From Nitrospirales bacterium (GTDB taxonomy: Bacteria > Nitrospirota > Nitrospiria > Nitrospirales > UBA8639), in NCBI GenBank assembly GCA_965223295.1, contig CBDCWC010000003.1:1504001-1568000 (forward strand): a stretch of DNA of 64,000 bases. The letters run 5' to 3'. Position 1 is the stretch's first letter. Every line of letters begins with the position of its first letter. The notes beneath the pieces are model-generated. The model was given only the letters and a program-made list of their open reading frames with translations, did no database searches and was not told the origin of the DNA. Positions 30,942-41,604 of the stretch are shown piece after piece. Both the position numbers and the translations under genes were made by a program.

Positions 30942-32861
30942 ATGAGTAAATTTTTCTTCAATCTTCCTATTGCCAAAAAACTTCTTTTTGTCTCGGCCGT
31001 TCCTATTCTGGCAGTGTTGATATTAAGTCTGGTGACCTATAAAAGTGTGGAGACGTTTTCTCTTGATGAAGATCATCTCAATGAGGTCTATCATATTCAA
31101 AGTGCCTCAGCAGAATATATGCGATTGGTTGTAGATCTTGAAACTGGATTTCGAGGGTATGTGCTTACCGAGCAAGTTCAGTTTTTGCAGCCATATCAAG
31201 CGGCCAAACAACGGGTGTTAGCTTTGGGAAATTCTCTCCGACAAATGGTCGCGTCTGATCCTGTGCAACATAAATTGATTAAATCTGTTCAAAATAATAT
31301 TCATCTGTTGATGACGGACAAGGATCGTCTTATTGAACGGGTAAAAGTGGGACATCCTGAGGAAGCTCGAGAATATATTGAAGCAGAAAAAGGGCGGTTG
31401 CTCATGTTGGCCATTCGTGAAGAGATGGCCAGATTTGATCGTAATGAGATTGAGCAGTTACAACATGCATTAGACAATAGTGCTCAGGATCGTTCAGTGC
31501 TCATGAGCGTTGTGGTAGGTGGGGGTGCGTTGGCCTTGATTTTGATGCTTCTCCCTTTACAACTCATAGCACGATCAATTACGGGACCCTTAACGACCTT
31601 GGTGAAGACGGTAGAAAATTTTTCCGGTGGCCGGATGCCGTCAGTTCCTATTCTGAACAGAAGCGATGAAATTGGAGAGTTGACTCGCGTGATGAATACG
31701 ATGGGCACTCAGATTGATCAGCATATCCAACAAATCCAGAAGTCAGAACAGGAGCTGCGTATCCTGAATCAGGACATTACCTCGTCCGAGGCAAAGTATC
31801 GCGGTATTGTTGATCATGCACCAATTGGGATATTTACCGTCGAGCAGGGTCGTGTGATTTTTAGTAATCGCCAGAATTGGATACTGGCTGGACGAGACCC
31901 CGACCATGTTTTAGACCCGGAACACATATGGGATGCCGTACATCCTGATGATCGGGGAGATGTTCAACGTGTCTTTCATGATGCGCGAAAAGAAGGAGAG
32001 CCATTCGAGCGGGTATTCAGGTTTTTACATCCTGATGGAGCAGTGCGGCGGGTCTTAAGCCGGGCGGTACCTATTAATGATGAATCGGGACGGACGATGG
32101 TGTATCAGGGATTTAATGTGGATATCACGGCTTTAGAGCAAATGCGGGCGCAGTTAAGCCGATCAGAACGGTTGGCCACATTAGGACAAGTCGCGGCGGG
32201 TATCGCCCATGAAATTCGGAATCCCCTTGTAGGAATTGGTTCTACCGCTTCTTTGTTAATCGAAGAGTTTGAAGAAGGGGATTCTCGGTGGGAGGATTTG
32301 ACGATTATCTTAAAGGAAACACGGCGTCTGGATCGTATCGTGAATCAAATTGTCGACTATGCACGTCCGAGAGAGTTTATTCCCGTGACTTTTCAACTCG
32401 AGGACTTATTGAACGAATCTCTTCAAGTCCTATCGAAGCCGATTGAAGAAAAGGCTATTCAAGTTTCTCATGTGTTTCCAGATGATCTCTGTGCACTTCA
32501 AGCCGATAGGGACCAATTGAAACAGGTAATCTTGAATATCTTGCAGAATGCCATTGAAGCAATGCCAGAAGCAGGAACCTTACAGGTCTCTATCCATGAA
32601 GAGCCATATGAGCATGAGCCAGGTCTTCGATTGAAGGTTGAAGACTCGGGGAAAGGGATTGACCCGAATGTTCTTTCACGAATTTTTGAGCCATTTTTTA
32701 CGACCGGAAAATATCGAGGAACCGGCTTAGGGTTAGCCATCTGTCGCAATATCATTGAAGCGCATGGAGGGGAGATTTATGCCGAGAGTCAACTGCAGGT
32801 TGGGACGACGGTTTCGATATGGCTTCCCTGCGTCTGCCAGCCACAACTATCTATGGTGTAA
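30942..32861 (+). CDS. Sensor histidine kinase, CHASE3-HAMP-PAS-HisKA-HATPase
   Basis: DLETGFRGY (CHASE3), DEIGEL (HAMP), VHPDD (PAS), AHEIRNPL, and N/G/F boxes including GTGLGL. Confidence 0.93.
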   Translation: MSKFFFNLPIAKKLLFVSAVPILAVLILSLVTYKSVETFSLDEDHLNEVYHIQSASAEYMRLVVDLETGFRGYVLTEQVQFLQPYQAAKQRVLALGNSLRQMVASDPVQHKLIKSVQNNIHLLMTDKDRLIERVKVGHPEEAREYIEAEKGRLLMLAIREEMARFDRNEIEQLQHALDNSAQDRSVLMSVVVGGGALALILMLLPLQLIARSITGPLTTLVKTVENFSGGRMPSVPILNRSDEIGELTRVMNTMGTQIDQHIQQIQKSEQELRILNQDITSSEAKYRGIVDHAPIGIFTVEQGRVIFSNRQNWILAGRDPDHVLDPEHIWDAVHPDDRGDVQRVFHDARKEGEPFERVFRFLHPDGAVRRVLSRAVPINDESGRTMVYQGFNVDITALEQMRAQLSRSERLATLGQVAAGIAHEIRNPLVGIGSTASLLIEEFEEGDSRWEDLTIILKETRRLDRIVNQIVDYARPREFIPVTFQLEDLLNESLQVLSKPIEEKAIQVSHVFPDDLCALQADRDQLKQVILNILQNAIEAMPEAGTLQVSIHEEPYEHEPGLRLKVEDSGKGIDPNVLSRIFEPFFTTGKYRGTGLGLAICRNIIEAHGGEIYAESQLQVGTTVSIWLPCVCQPQLSMV

Positions 32862-32863
32862 CG

Positions 32864-34252
32864 ATGCGGGCAACAATTTTTGTGACAGATGATGATGAAG
32901 TCGTGCGTCAGGCTATTACCCGACGCTTGGCTAAACGTCAACATGACATACGCGGTTTTGATTCTGGCGAAGCTTTATTGGAAGCTCTTGATCACGATAT
33001 GCCTGACATCATTTTTCTAGATTTGAAAATGATTGGGTTGAGCGGGCTAGAAACACTAAAGCAGGTGCGCTCAAAAACACAGCAAGCCTTGGTCATTTTA
33101 CTCACGGCCTATGGCACGGTTGAAAATGCCGTGGAGGCTATGCGCCTGGGTGCCTATGATTTTCTCATTAAAAGCGTGGATTTGTCAGGAGTGGATCCGG
33201 TAATCGATCGAGCGTTGGAATACCTGACATTGCGTCGTCGTGTCGACTTTGAAACACAAGACCGGCCGGGGCGGTATTCTTTAGAAAGTGTCGTATCCAA
33301 TAGTCCCAGCATGAAGGAATTAGTCGGGCAAGTTCAGGAAATGGCGCAAAACCTTAAAACCACGGTGTTGTTATTTGGAGAAACAGGAACGGGTAAGGAA
33401 TTCGTTGCACGTGTGCTGCACCATAATGGCCCCAGGGCGCAGGGGCCTTTTGTTGGAGTAAATTGTACGGCCATTCCGCAAGAGTTATTTGAAAGCGAGT
33501 TGTTTGGCTATGAGCGGGGCGCATTTACGGGAGCGCATCAACGGAAACCGGGGTTGTGTGAACAAGCTGAAGGTGGCACCCTGTTTCTTGATGAAATTGG
33601 CGATTTAAACCCTGCGATGCAAGCAAAATTGCTTCGGGTTTTACAAGAACGGTCATTTAAACGTTTGGGGGGGCGTCAAGACATTGATGTTGATTTCCGT
33701 CTCGTTGCGGCCACGAATCGCGATCTTCGAAAAGAAGTGGCACAAGGGAATTTTCGAGAAGATCTGTTTTTTCGATTGAATGTTGTCTCGCTAGATCTTC
33801 CCCCGTTGCGTCAACGCGTCGAAGATATCATTCCTCTCGGCTTGCAGACATTGGTTCGGCATAGCCAAGACTTGGGAAAAGATGTCACGGCGATCGATCC
33901 CGACGCACAGCAATTTTTAGAGCGGTATCAGTATCCAGGTAATATACGGGAATTGCAAAATATCATTGAACGGGCTGTCATCTTTTGCCGGGGAAAAAGT
34001 TTGACGAGTGGAGACTTGCCCCGGGAAGTTCATGAAGCCGCGCAGTCTTCCGTCAATGTTGTGACACAGGGCGACCAACCTGTTGTGCGCATCGAAATGA
34101 AACTGGGCGAACAATCGCTGGGGGATATTGAAAATACGTTGATCGAGGAAGTCATGCGCGTCTCGGATTTTAATAAAAGTTTAGCGGCGAAACATTTAGG
34201 TATTACACGATTTGCTCTCGACCGCCGTCTCAAAAAACAGGCGGATGCATGA
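32864..34252 (+). CDS. Sigma54-dependent NtrC-family response regulator (intact)
   Basis: REC domain; GETGTGKE, ESELFG, GAFTGA, FLDEIG, FREDLFFRL, YPGNIREL; Fis-type HTH. Confidence 0.95.
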   Translation: MRATIFVTDDDEVVRQAITRRLAKRQHDIRGFDSGEALLEALDHDMPDIIFLDLKMIGLSGLETLKQVRSKTQQALVILLTAYGTVENAVEAMRLGAYDFLIKSVDLSGVDPVIDRALEYLTLRRRVDFETQDRPGRYSLESVVSNSPSMKELVGQVQEMAQNLKTTVLLFGETGTGKEFVARVLHHNGPRAQGPFVGVNCTAIPQELFESELFGYERGAFTGAHQRKPGLCEQAEGGTLFLDEIGDLNPAMQAKLLRVLQERSFKRLGGRQDIDVDFRLVAATNRDLRKEVAQGNFREDLFFRLNVVSLDLPPLRQRVEDIIPLGLQTLVRHSQDLGKDVTAIDPDAQQFLERYQYPGNIRELQNIIERAVIFCRGKSLTSGDLPREVHEAAQSSVNVVTQGDQPVVRIEMKLGEQSLGDIENTLIEEVMRVSDFNKSLAAKHLGITRFALDRRLKKQADA

Positions 34253-34275
34253 AGTCATGCAGCAGGCCACGACTT

Positions 34276-34371
34276 TTAGTCGTCTTTTTTCTTTCGGCTT
34301 TTCACCAAAACAATGATGCCAGCAATCCCGATGGCCAAAGAAAGAAATCCAAGTAAGGCTAACCCTTCCAT
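34276..34371 (-). CDS. Putative 31-aa single-TM small protein MEGLALLGFLSLAIGIAGIIVLVKSRKKKDD
   Basis: GAGGGA RBS; TM helix followed by a basic stop-transfer tail; not in the ORF track. Confidence 0.65.
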   Translation of the reverse strand: MEGLALLGFLSLAIGIAGIIVLVKSRKKKDD

Positions 34372-34453
34372 TTCAATCCCTCTATCTTGGTATCCATGAC
34401 GTGCAGACCTTGTAGTATGTTACGAAAGTACAAGGCTATTTGCTCTCTCCTCT

Positions 34454-34891
34454 TCAGGCATCATACCGAAAACGATCTCGATATTCTTCTGGCGGGACGT
34501 AGCACGCATCCAGCGTTCCCCGCAACTGATAGCGATGCCGGGCAATGAAGTCATACACCCCATCTCGTAAATTTTTTGGTAGTAAAAGAAAGACCGAGAA
34601 GATCGGCCAGAGGCCTTCAAGCTGGCGGGCAATGTTCAGGGCTGCCGTTGACTTGGTCAAGTGGCCGTCGGGAGTAATTACGACAAACGTCGAAAATTCT
34701 TGTTGTGGCAATTCATACTTGGACAGGAATTGTTGTCCAAGAGGGGATTGGAGTGGGGTAAATTGAAATCGTTTCCCGGTATCACGGGTGATGAGAAATC
34801 GAACCCATCCAGTGCACCATTCGCAGACTCCATCAAAAAGAATCAACCATGGGGTTTGGGGGAGATGTTGAGAAAATGGGATGTGCTTCAT
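34454..34891 (-). CDS. DCC1-like thiol-disulfide oxidoreductase (DUF393); start uncertain
   Basis: FDGVCEWC (DxxCxxC), FTPLQS and YDFIARHRY motifs. Confidence 0.88.
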   Translation of the reverse strand: MKHIPFSQHLPQTPWLILFDGVCEWCTGWVRFLITRDTGKRFQFTPLQSPLGQQFLSKYELPQQEFSTFVVITPDGHLTKSTAALNIARQLEGLWPIFSVFLLLPKNLRDGVYDFIARHRYQLRGTLDACYVPPEEYRDRFRYDA

Positions 34892-35061
34892 CAAAATGGT
34901 TTGTTCCAAATTCTTATCTAGTCCATACAGCTTGGCAGTTAGCTTGGCAGTTGAATCAATCATCTGTCTAGTACGACTAATATCTCTTGAGACAAGCGCA
35001 AGATTGTCGGATGATGGCTCGCTTGGTACAATGGCGTTTTTCATGAACATGCCATCGCCTC

Positions 35062-37389
35062 ATGCTTGCTGATGTTGTTCTGCCAAGTCGGCGGTTTCAA
35101 GTCTTTACCTACCAGGTTCCTGCACAATTGGTGGCTTCTATCCATATTGGAAGCCCGGTTACCGTGCCATTAGGGCCGACGGTCATTTCAGGACTCGTCG
35201 CGAGTATCTATGATCATGAATCGTTGGTACCTGAAAACAAGCCACTTCGCTACACGTCCTTGCGGGCCATCCTTACCGTGGAAACGGAAACCTCTCAGGT
35301 TCCCCTGGGACGAAATCTGTTCCGGCTTGCCGAGAAAATTTCGGCCTATTATCTCGTTCCGCTTTCCACCTGTTTGCGGCTTATTGTCCCTCCCTATTCC
35401 GTAAAGATGAGCAAACGTCTTCTGCTCACGGAAGAGGGACGTGCAGCATTAGGGAAATCATCACTCTCAAAAACGAGCAGGGCCGTACTTCGTAAATTGG
35501 AGCATGCGCCCAATGGGTTGCTCCGTTCCTCTATGACCCGATCGATGAACGATGCGGATGTGGCAGCCACGTTGGACTTTGTGAAAATGAAGGGATGGGT
35601 CGTTGAGAAAACAGCGAGTCATTCCCATTCCAGAGGAAGAAAACGTCCACGCGCTTCACGGGCAAAGTTTGAGACCCCAAATTTATTCGATTCTCTGAAT
35701 CAAGGTGACAAGTCTTTTGAGGAAGCGTGGATTGAAACAGGTTCTTTTGTAGACGTGTCATTTCCGTTTTGGTCAACCATGGCCAAGGCAATACGTGCCG
35801 GTGGGTTTCAGGAAGTCTCTGTAGTGGGTGTGGAGTCAGTTCGACGAAAGCTTCTGCTAGAAACTATCAAAACCATTAACAAACAAGGAAAGCAGGCGTT
35901 AATCCTGATGCCTGAGGTACACCAGGCAGAAACCTTGGCTGACGATCTGCAGACTATTTGGAAAGACCAAGTCGAAGTCTATCATGGACAGCTTTCTTCA
36001 TTTGTGCGTGTTGAAGGATGGGAACGAATTCATCAAGGAGAGGCTTCTATCATTGTGGGAACGCGTTCCGCGCTGTTCCTGCCTTTTGCCGATCTTGGCC
36101 TTGTGTGGGTTGAAGAAGAACAAGATGCGTCTTACAAAGACGAACATCTTCCCTATTATCATGCGCGGGAAGTGGCCCGGATGCGAGGAGAAATTGATAG
36201 GGCTCTGGTGGTATATGGCGCCACTTGCCCATCGTTGGAATCCTATAGCCGGTTTCCTCTTCCAAACTCTAATCACGCGGAGCCGTTTAATACCCAGGTT
36301 TTGCATAAGGATAAGCCAAAGGTGGAGATGATTGACCTCGGTTCTTTGCCATTTGGCACAACGCTGGCTCCCCAGTTAATGATGAGTGTGAGGCGTACGT
36401 TGGAGGCCGGACAACAAATTATTCTATTGTTGAATCGGAAAGGGTTTTCTCGTGCGTTGATTTGCCAGGACTGCGGGCAGGCACCAAAATGTTTGAACTG
36501 TGGGCTCACTCTTATGCTTTTTCATCGTCCTGCTCGTTTGGTCTGTTCCTATTGCGACAACAAACAGGAAACTCCGGAGATTTGTCCAAGTTGCCAGGGA
36601 TCGATTTTTCGCCATTCAGGAATGGGGACTCAACGACTAGAAGAGGAGCTTGCCGAGCTAGTGCCACCATATTCAATAGCACGTTTGGATCGTGAAAATG
36701 TGAAGACGATGGAAGAAGCCAACAGAATTTTGCAGCAATTTAGGCAGCAGAAGATTCAAATTCTGATCGGAACGGAATTCTTGCTTCACCAAGCCATTCC
36801 ACCAACGGCTCCGTTGGTTGTCTTACCTCAAGCTGACCTTGGGCTGCATATCCCAGATTTTCGATCATCTGAGCGCACATTTCAGATGCTGTCCAAAGCT
36901 GTTGCCTTAGCGCAGAATGAGCATCAGCTAGGACAGGTTATTCTTCAAACTCGAATGCCAGATCATCATGTCCACCAAGCTATTTACCACGGTGATCCCT
37001 GTATATTTTATGATCAAGAATTAGAGCTGCGGGAGGCGTTAGGGTATCCGCCAGCCACGCATGTCATTTTGTTAGTCATCACAGGTGCCCAAGAGCATCG
37101 AGTAAAGAGGGTGGTTGATCGTTTAAGTACGCAGTTGGCTGATTGTGGTATGAAGGGGAGAGTGGGTGAAGAAGAGAAAGGACTGCTCTCATTGCCAATT
37201 GCTTTAGGACCGATGGCGTCAAGAAAATCTGGAAGTGCAAAAAAGAACCGAACCTTGTTTCTTATTAAAACCGAAAATTTGGCAGACACGAAACGTCATC
37301 TTCGGCAAATTCAAGACATCTTGAAAGAACAATTCTCTAAAGATGGGGTTGTCTGTGAAATGAACGTGGATCCAATTACTATTCAGTAG
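35062..37389 (+). CDS. priA: Primosomal protein N' (PriA)-like, Walker A degenerate
   Basis: N-terminal FTY.VP, GTRSALFLP, YHAREVA, LNRKGF, four CxxC, PDFRSSE, terminal VDP. Confidence 0.85.
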   Translation: MLADVVLPSRRFQVFTYQVPAQLVASIHIGSPVTVPLGPTVISGLVASIYDHESLVPENKPLRYTSLRAILTVETETSQVPLGRNLFRLAEKISAYYLVPLSTCLRLIVPPYSVKMSKRLLLTEEGRAALGKSSLSKTSRAVLRKLEHAPNGLLRSSMTRSMNDADVAATLDFVKMKGWVVEKTASHSHSRGRKRPRASRAKFETPNLFDSLNQGDKSFEEAWIETGSFVDVSFPFWSTMAKAIRAGGFQEVSVVGVESVRRKLLLETIKTINKQGKQALILMPEVHQAETLADDLQTIWKDQVEVYHGQLSSFVRVEGWERIHQGEASIIVGTRSALFLPFADLGLVWVEEEQDASYKDEHLPYYHAREVARMRGEIDRALVVYGATCPSLESYSRFPLPNSNHAEPFNTQVLHKDKPKVEMIDLGSLPFGTTLAPQLMMSVRRTLEAGQQIILLLNRKGFSRALICQDCGQAPKCLNCGLTLMLFHRPARLVCSYCDNKQETPEICPSCQGSIFRHSGMGTQRLEEELAELVPPYSIARLDRENVKTMEEANRILQQFRQQKIQILIGTEFLLHQAIPPTAPLVVLPQADLGLHIPDFRSSERTFQMLSKAVALAQNEHQLGQVILQTRMPDHHVHQAIYHGDPCIFYDQELELREALGYPPATHVILLVITGAQEHRVKRVVDRLSTQLADCGMKGRVGEEEKGLLSLPIALGPMASRKSGSAKKNRTLFLIKTENLADTKRHLRQIQDILKEQFSKDGVVCEMNVDPITIQ

Positions 37390-37413
37390 GATACCATTGC
37401 CAGTGCCAAAAAA

Positions 37414-37851
37414 TTACCGTGATTTCTTTTTGGATTTCTTCCTTGGGGGTGTGCCTGAAGAAGGTTCAGGGAAGGGGTGGTGACTGATGGAGCCCTGGGT
37501 GCGTTTAAAGATTCCATAGGCAAAGGTCATCCAAAACACTCCGGAAAAGAGACCAAATATAACAGCGTTAAAAATACGTTCTAATTCTTCCATCGGTGGT
37601 TCAGGCCCTAATTGTTGTAGGTCAGCCATTTGCATCAAAGGCCAAGCAATACTTTCTACTCCTAATAGTAAGGTACATGCAGCCCAGATGTAGCCGATAG
37701 ACGAGCATTTCCAGGCCAGGATCATTGCCAAACCGATACCAATAGCAATTCCAAGTGGTATGGGTACTGCCCCGAGCAAGAGCCACAACCCTATTGTAAC
37801 CGTGAGGCTCCCCAGCACGGCATTAAGTTGATGCCATAGATTACTGTTCAT
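37414..37851 (-). CDS. Hypothetical membrane protein (about 4 TM)
   Basis: Hydrophobic segments and a basic C-terminal tail. Confidence 0.7.
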   Translation of the reverse strand: MNSNLWHQLNAVLGSLTVTIGLWLLLGAVPIPLGIAIGIGLAMILAWKCSSIGYIWAACTLLLGVESIAWPLMQMADLQQLGPEPPMEELERIFNAVIFGLFSGVFWMTFAYGIFKRTQGSISHHPFPEPSSGTPPRKKSKKKSR

Positions 37852-37949
37852 AAGACATATTCTTTATTCTTCGGGTGTAAAATGCTCACACCATATCACA
37901 GCTCTTTTCCCTAGAGCAGCTGAGGAATGAAAATGTGGATATTTAGCGA

Positions 37950-38822
37950 TTATCGACCAATATCGGCTAGGGGTTCGGAAGAGAGAATATATTCTCCTCG
38001 AGGATTATTTGTGAAGGTATTGGCCTGGGGTAGCTTCTCAGGTTCCGGGGTGGGGTGGGAATCTGGTGTCATGACTATTCCCCACTGAGCGTTCTGTTCA
38101 AAGGTATTGTCCAAAATTAGGGCTTGTGCCTGCGAAAAGAGCAAGAGGCCACTTAGCATATTATCGCGGCAAATGTTTTTAACCACATCTGGGCGAGTAT
38201 TCTCATCTCGAGCCGCGATACCAAAGTGGTGATTTCCGAAACAGTCATTCTGCCGCAAGTAGGGTTGAGCTCCGGCAAACGAAAAAATACCGGATTCTCG
38301 GTTATGACAAATCTCATTCTCTTGCAATGTTGGACGACAGTCGGGACCATATATGACCACTCCTGAGAGGAGCCCCTCTGTGGCCCGGCATTGAGAAATC
38401 GTACATGCTGAATCCAAGATGTTGATGGCTGAATGTTGGTCACTGCCCACATACCGAAAGGTCATGCCGCTAATTTGCCCACTTGAAACTCGTTGTAAGT
38501 AGCAGGGGCCACTTCGTCGATAATAAATGGTGACAGAGTCACGTCCTGCACCAATTAAATGAATTGGCCGTTCGGTAATGGTGACACGATCTTCGTAAAT
38601 CCCGGGTCTGACGAAAATTTGATCATTCGATTCAGCTTGTTTCAATGCTTCGCTAGGAAGGGCAAAACAATCTGGTTGATTGGGATCGACGATTAAGGTT
38701 CGTCCTCCAAGCGGATTGGAAGGAGGCTCAGTTAAAGAATGTGGTTGACTGCTCAGAAGTTTTACTCCCCTGGCAAGGGTGACTTGGCAATGAGTGGAAT
38801 GGGTAAATCGGTGTTGTACCAC
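37950..38822 (-). CDS. Right-handed parallel beta-helix (NosD/CASH-like) protein; start uncertain
   Basis: IFVRPGIY.D start motif and repeated N...N..SG/GI units. Confidence 0.8.
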   Translation of the reverse strand: MVQHRFTHSTHCQVTLARGVKLLSSQPHSLTEPPSNPLGGRTLIVDPNQPDCFALPSEALKQAESNDQIFVRPGIYEDRVTITERPIHLIGAGRDSVTIYYRRSGPCYLQRVSSGQISGMTFRYVGSDQHSAINILDSACTISQCRATEGLLSGVVIYGPDCRPTLQENEICHNRESGIFSFAGAQPYLRQNDCFGNHHFGIAARDENTRPDVVKNICRDNMLSGLLLFSQAQALILDNTFEQNAQWGIVMTPDSHPTPEPEKLPQANTFTNNPRGEYILSSEPLADIGR

Positions 38823-38942
38823 ATCTATCGTGACTTCTCATCCACGAAATGCTGGGGACATGCCACAGAAGAACCTTGTTAATGATGACAGGGGTCAAGA
38901 GGTTGTTGATCGTACGGGCGGGAAAAATTGTTACCTAGAAGT

Positions 38943-40436
38943 CTATAAACTCGGGAGCCATGTGATGAGTCGCTTCAGAATCTTCAGGGTAGGGTGTTCG
39001 CGCCAACACCCTTGTTTCCAGATCATCCGTTGAGAAGTTTTTTTAGCCCAATCGATATTATCAGAATCGCAATTTCCGGTGATCATACATTGCCTGTTGT
39101 ATCGTCGAAGAGCTTCAACGGCTTTACAGTCTGCTAGTTGGTTAAGCGCCCATCCGTAGTTCAGCCAGTACCAAGGTTTTTCTGGTTTCAGCTGGACTGC
39201 TTTTTTGAGATAGGGTAGCGCTTGTTTAGGGCTATGTAGATCAGCCAGATACAATCTTCCCAGTTTGCCTACGACTCTGTGGTCGTAAGAACCATACGTC
39301 AAGGCTTGAGTCAACACAATTTCCGCTTCTTGCAACTTGCGGTGGCGCGTGAGTCTCCAAGCGTAGCGGCGGAGATTTCCTGGATCCAGTTCATCAAGCG
39401 CAATAGCTTTAGCTTGCTCCTCCAATGCTTCTTCAGGACGGTCAAGAGCTTGGAGAGCCCGTGCTCGATAATCATAGACATCCGCTACTTGTGGGCGGGC
39501 TTGGAGGGCCGCAGTGAATACGTCCAGGGCTTCTTCGTCCCGATCAAGGTAAAACAGGGACTGTCTATAGCTGAAGGAATAATAGTAATAACGTCCGTGT
39601 TTAAGCGCGGCTTTATAATGTGGAATAGCATTTTCTTCGTCATCATTCCGGTCGAACATTTCTCCTTGGATGTAATCCGGAAACCCTAAAAGAGGCCTGA
39701 GATTTGAATTTCGGTCTAGCACAGGTAAGACTTCTTTTTTGAGGAATGCGTCTGTATTTGCAAGACTGTCCTTAAGAGGCATGCTACTCCACTAAGGTGT
39801 TTGGCTGTATAGATATTTCCATCGTATTGCGAATGAATTAGGGTCGGCCTGGAGGCCTTTGAGGGTATATTGGAGAGTCCCATCTCTATCTCCCAAGACC
39901 ATAGCAATATTGATCAGGAACGCGTACGGGATCCCAGAGTGTTTTTTTAAACTGGAGGCAAGCTTAAGATCCTTCCAGGCTACTGCAAAATTTTCTTTCA
40001 TGCCTAAAACCCGTTCATTTGGAGTATCTGAGAAAAACGCGAATCCTCGGCATTTCCACCCTCTATTCCAGTAGTACATGCCACGGGCAAGGTGGGCTGT
40101 CCCTTTCGACTTTTTTCGAGCCACCCATTCATTTAGTTTTTCTTCAAGATCGGCCGCAGAATTAGCAAATGCGTGGTAGGCGGCTTCCACGTGTTCTTCT
40201 GGAATGTTCTTGGTCTGGTACAGACGTTCCTGTCGAGTGAGAATCTGTTCTAACTTTTGGTAATGACCTTGGCGTAGATGGTTGAGAAGTTCAAGCCGAT
40301 CCAAAAACTCGGCATGGACTATTTCTGGAGAAAAGAAAAAGACTAGTAGGCCGAACCATAAGCCTAGTGCTCGGATTGCTGGCAGAGTTTGAGGAATCGC
40401 AGGGACGAGAAAAGAGTGATGAGCGTGACGTACCAT
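38943..40436 (-). pseudogene. DUF4034-like plus TPR exported protein interrupted by one in-frame TAG (39792-39794)
   Basis: ORFs 39792..40436 and 38943..39782 are in the same frame and read ...YSQTP*WSSMPLK... Confidence 0.75.
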
Positions 40437-40695
40437 GATGAAATCCCGGGAATAGGTGAACTGTCTTTATTCCCTTTCGGTTGGGATTGTTGTTTAGTGT
40501 AGGAGGAATCTCTGGAGTTGTTAATTATTGGACCTTTTCCCAGTGACGGAAATATAAAAAGGTAGCCTCACAATGAGGAATCAAGAAATCCTGCGTGATT
40601 CCTGAGAGGCAGAGAGTAGTTTATTAGGAGGGAATAATTGTCATTCATCCCTCGCAAACGGAACTCTAAGTTACAAGGAAGACGAGGATAGTGAG

Positions 40696-41373
40696 TTAGT
40701 TATTCTCGAAGGCTTGGCGAGTGGCAAAGACTTCCCCTGGATGGATCAACAACAAGCAGTCTCCATCAACGGGATCTTTGTGAAACAGCGCGAAGGCAAG
40801 GCAAAGCTGCGGCGTCGGTTCCGGGGGAAACTCTAAAAGTACGGGAACATCAATTAGGGGTGTGGGCTCCTTCAGACTGGCCAGGCGAAGTCGCACGGCA
40901 ACTAAGGTCTGGCGGATGCGGGTGTGAATGTGTTGTTCGGTAAGATCTGGAGAGGAAGTAATGTATTGCTCCCAGAGCGGATTCGTCATGCCTACACAAA
41001 AGTCTAAGCCGATACTTTGCGCCGATGGAGTCACATCTTTAAGAATCCCGGATTCGATGGCCTCTCGTCGTATGCGAATGGTGAACTGTTTCAGGTCTGG
41101 TGGGATTTCTTGAGCGTTCACCGAATCGGGAGTTGTCAATTCCAATACGCTATCGGAAGAAGAGTCTTCTCTATGGTCAATCAAAGCGGGCAATTCAGGT
41201 AGGGAAGGATCCTCTGAGACAGGAAGTTCAGAGGGGTCATTGCCAAGGGCTTGTATGATGCCTTCATAAACGGATTTGGCAGAAGCGGTCCAATTTTCAT
41301 CTTGAGGCAATCCACGAAAAGCGGCTTCTGAGGCCTTCTTTTCGTCATGCGTTAAAGGGCGTGGTGATATCAT
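40696..41373 (-). CDS. Hypothetical protein
   Basis: 225 aa ORF; two folded-looking segments joined by an acidic linker. Confidence 0.7.
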   Translation of the reverse strand: MISPRPLTHDEKKASEAAFRGLPQDENWTASAKSVYEGIIQALGNDPSELPVSEDPSLPELPALIDHREDSSSDSVLELTTPDSVNAQEIPPDLKQFTIRIRREAIESGILKDVTPSAQSIGLDFCVGMTNPLWEQYITSSPDLTEQHIHTRIRQTLVAVRLRLASLKEPTPLIDVPVLLEFPPEPTPQLCLAFALFHKDPVDGDCLLLIHPGEVFATRQAFENN

Positions 41374-41458
41374 ACTTACAAGGTAAGTTAATTTGACAGA
41401 AAGTCAAGTATTACCAATGAATTATTAATAAAAGTAAGTAAGTAGCCTTCTTCCTTGT

Positions 41459-41496
41459 GAGCGAAATCGCACTTTCATCACAGAGCGAAAACGCTC
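41459..41496. promoter_or_regulatory. Tandem enhancer pair D
   Basis: GAGCGAAATCGCAC (41459) and GAGCGAAAACGCTC (41483), 24 bp apart, followed by an AT-rich spacer. Confidence 0.78.
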
Positions 41497-41604
41497 TTTT
41501 TTATAATATCCACCATAAATATATAGAAAATAGTTGCATGAAAATTGTTAAATTATATAAATATTTCAATTGTTTATGTGTTTATTTACGACACAATTAA
41601 ATAT

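Noticed and set aside
39792-39794. Pyrrolysine recoding of the TAG
   Set aside because: No pyl genes in the window; a point mutation or sequencing error is simpler.
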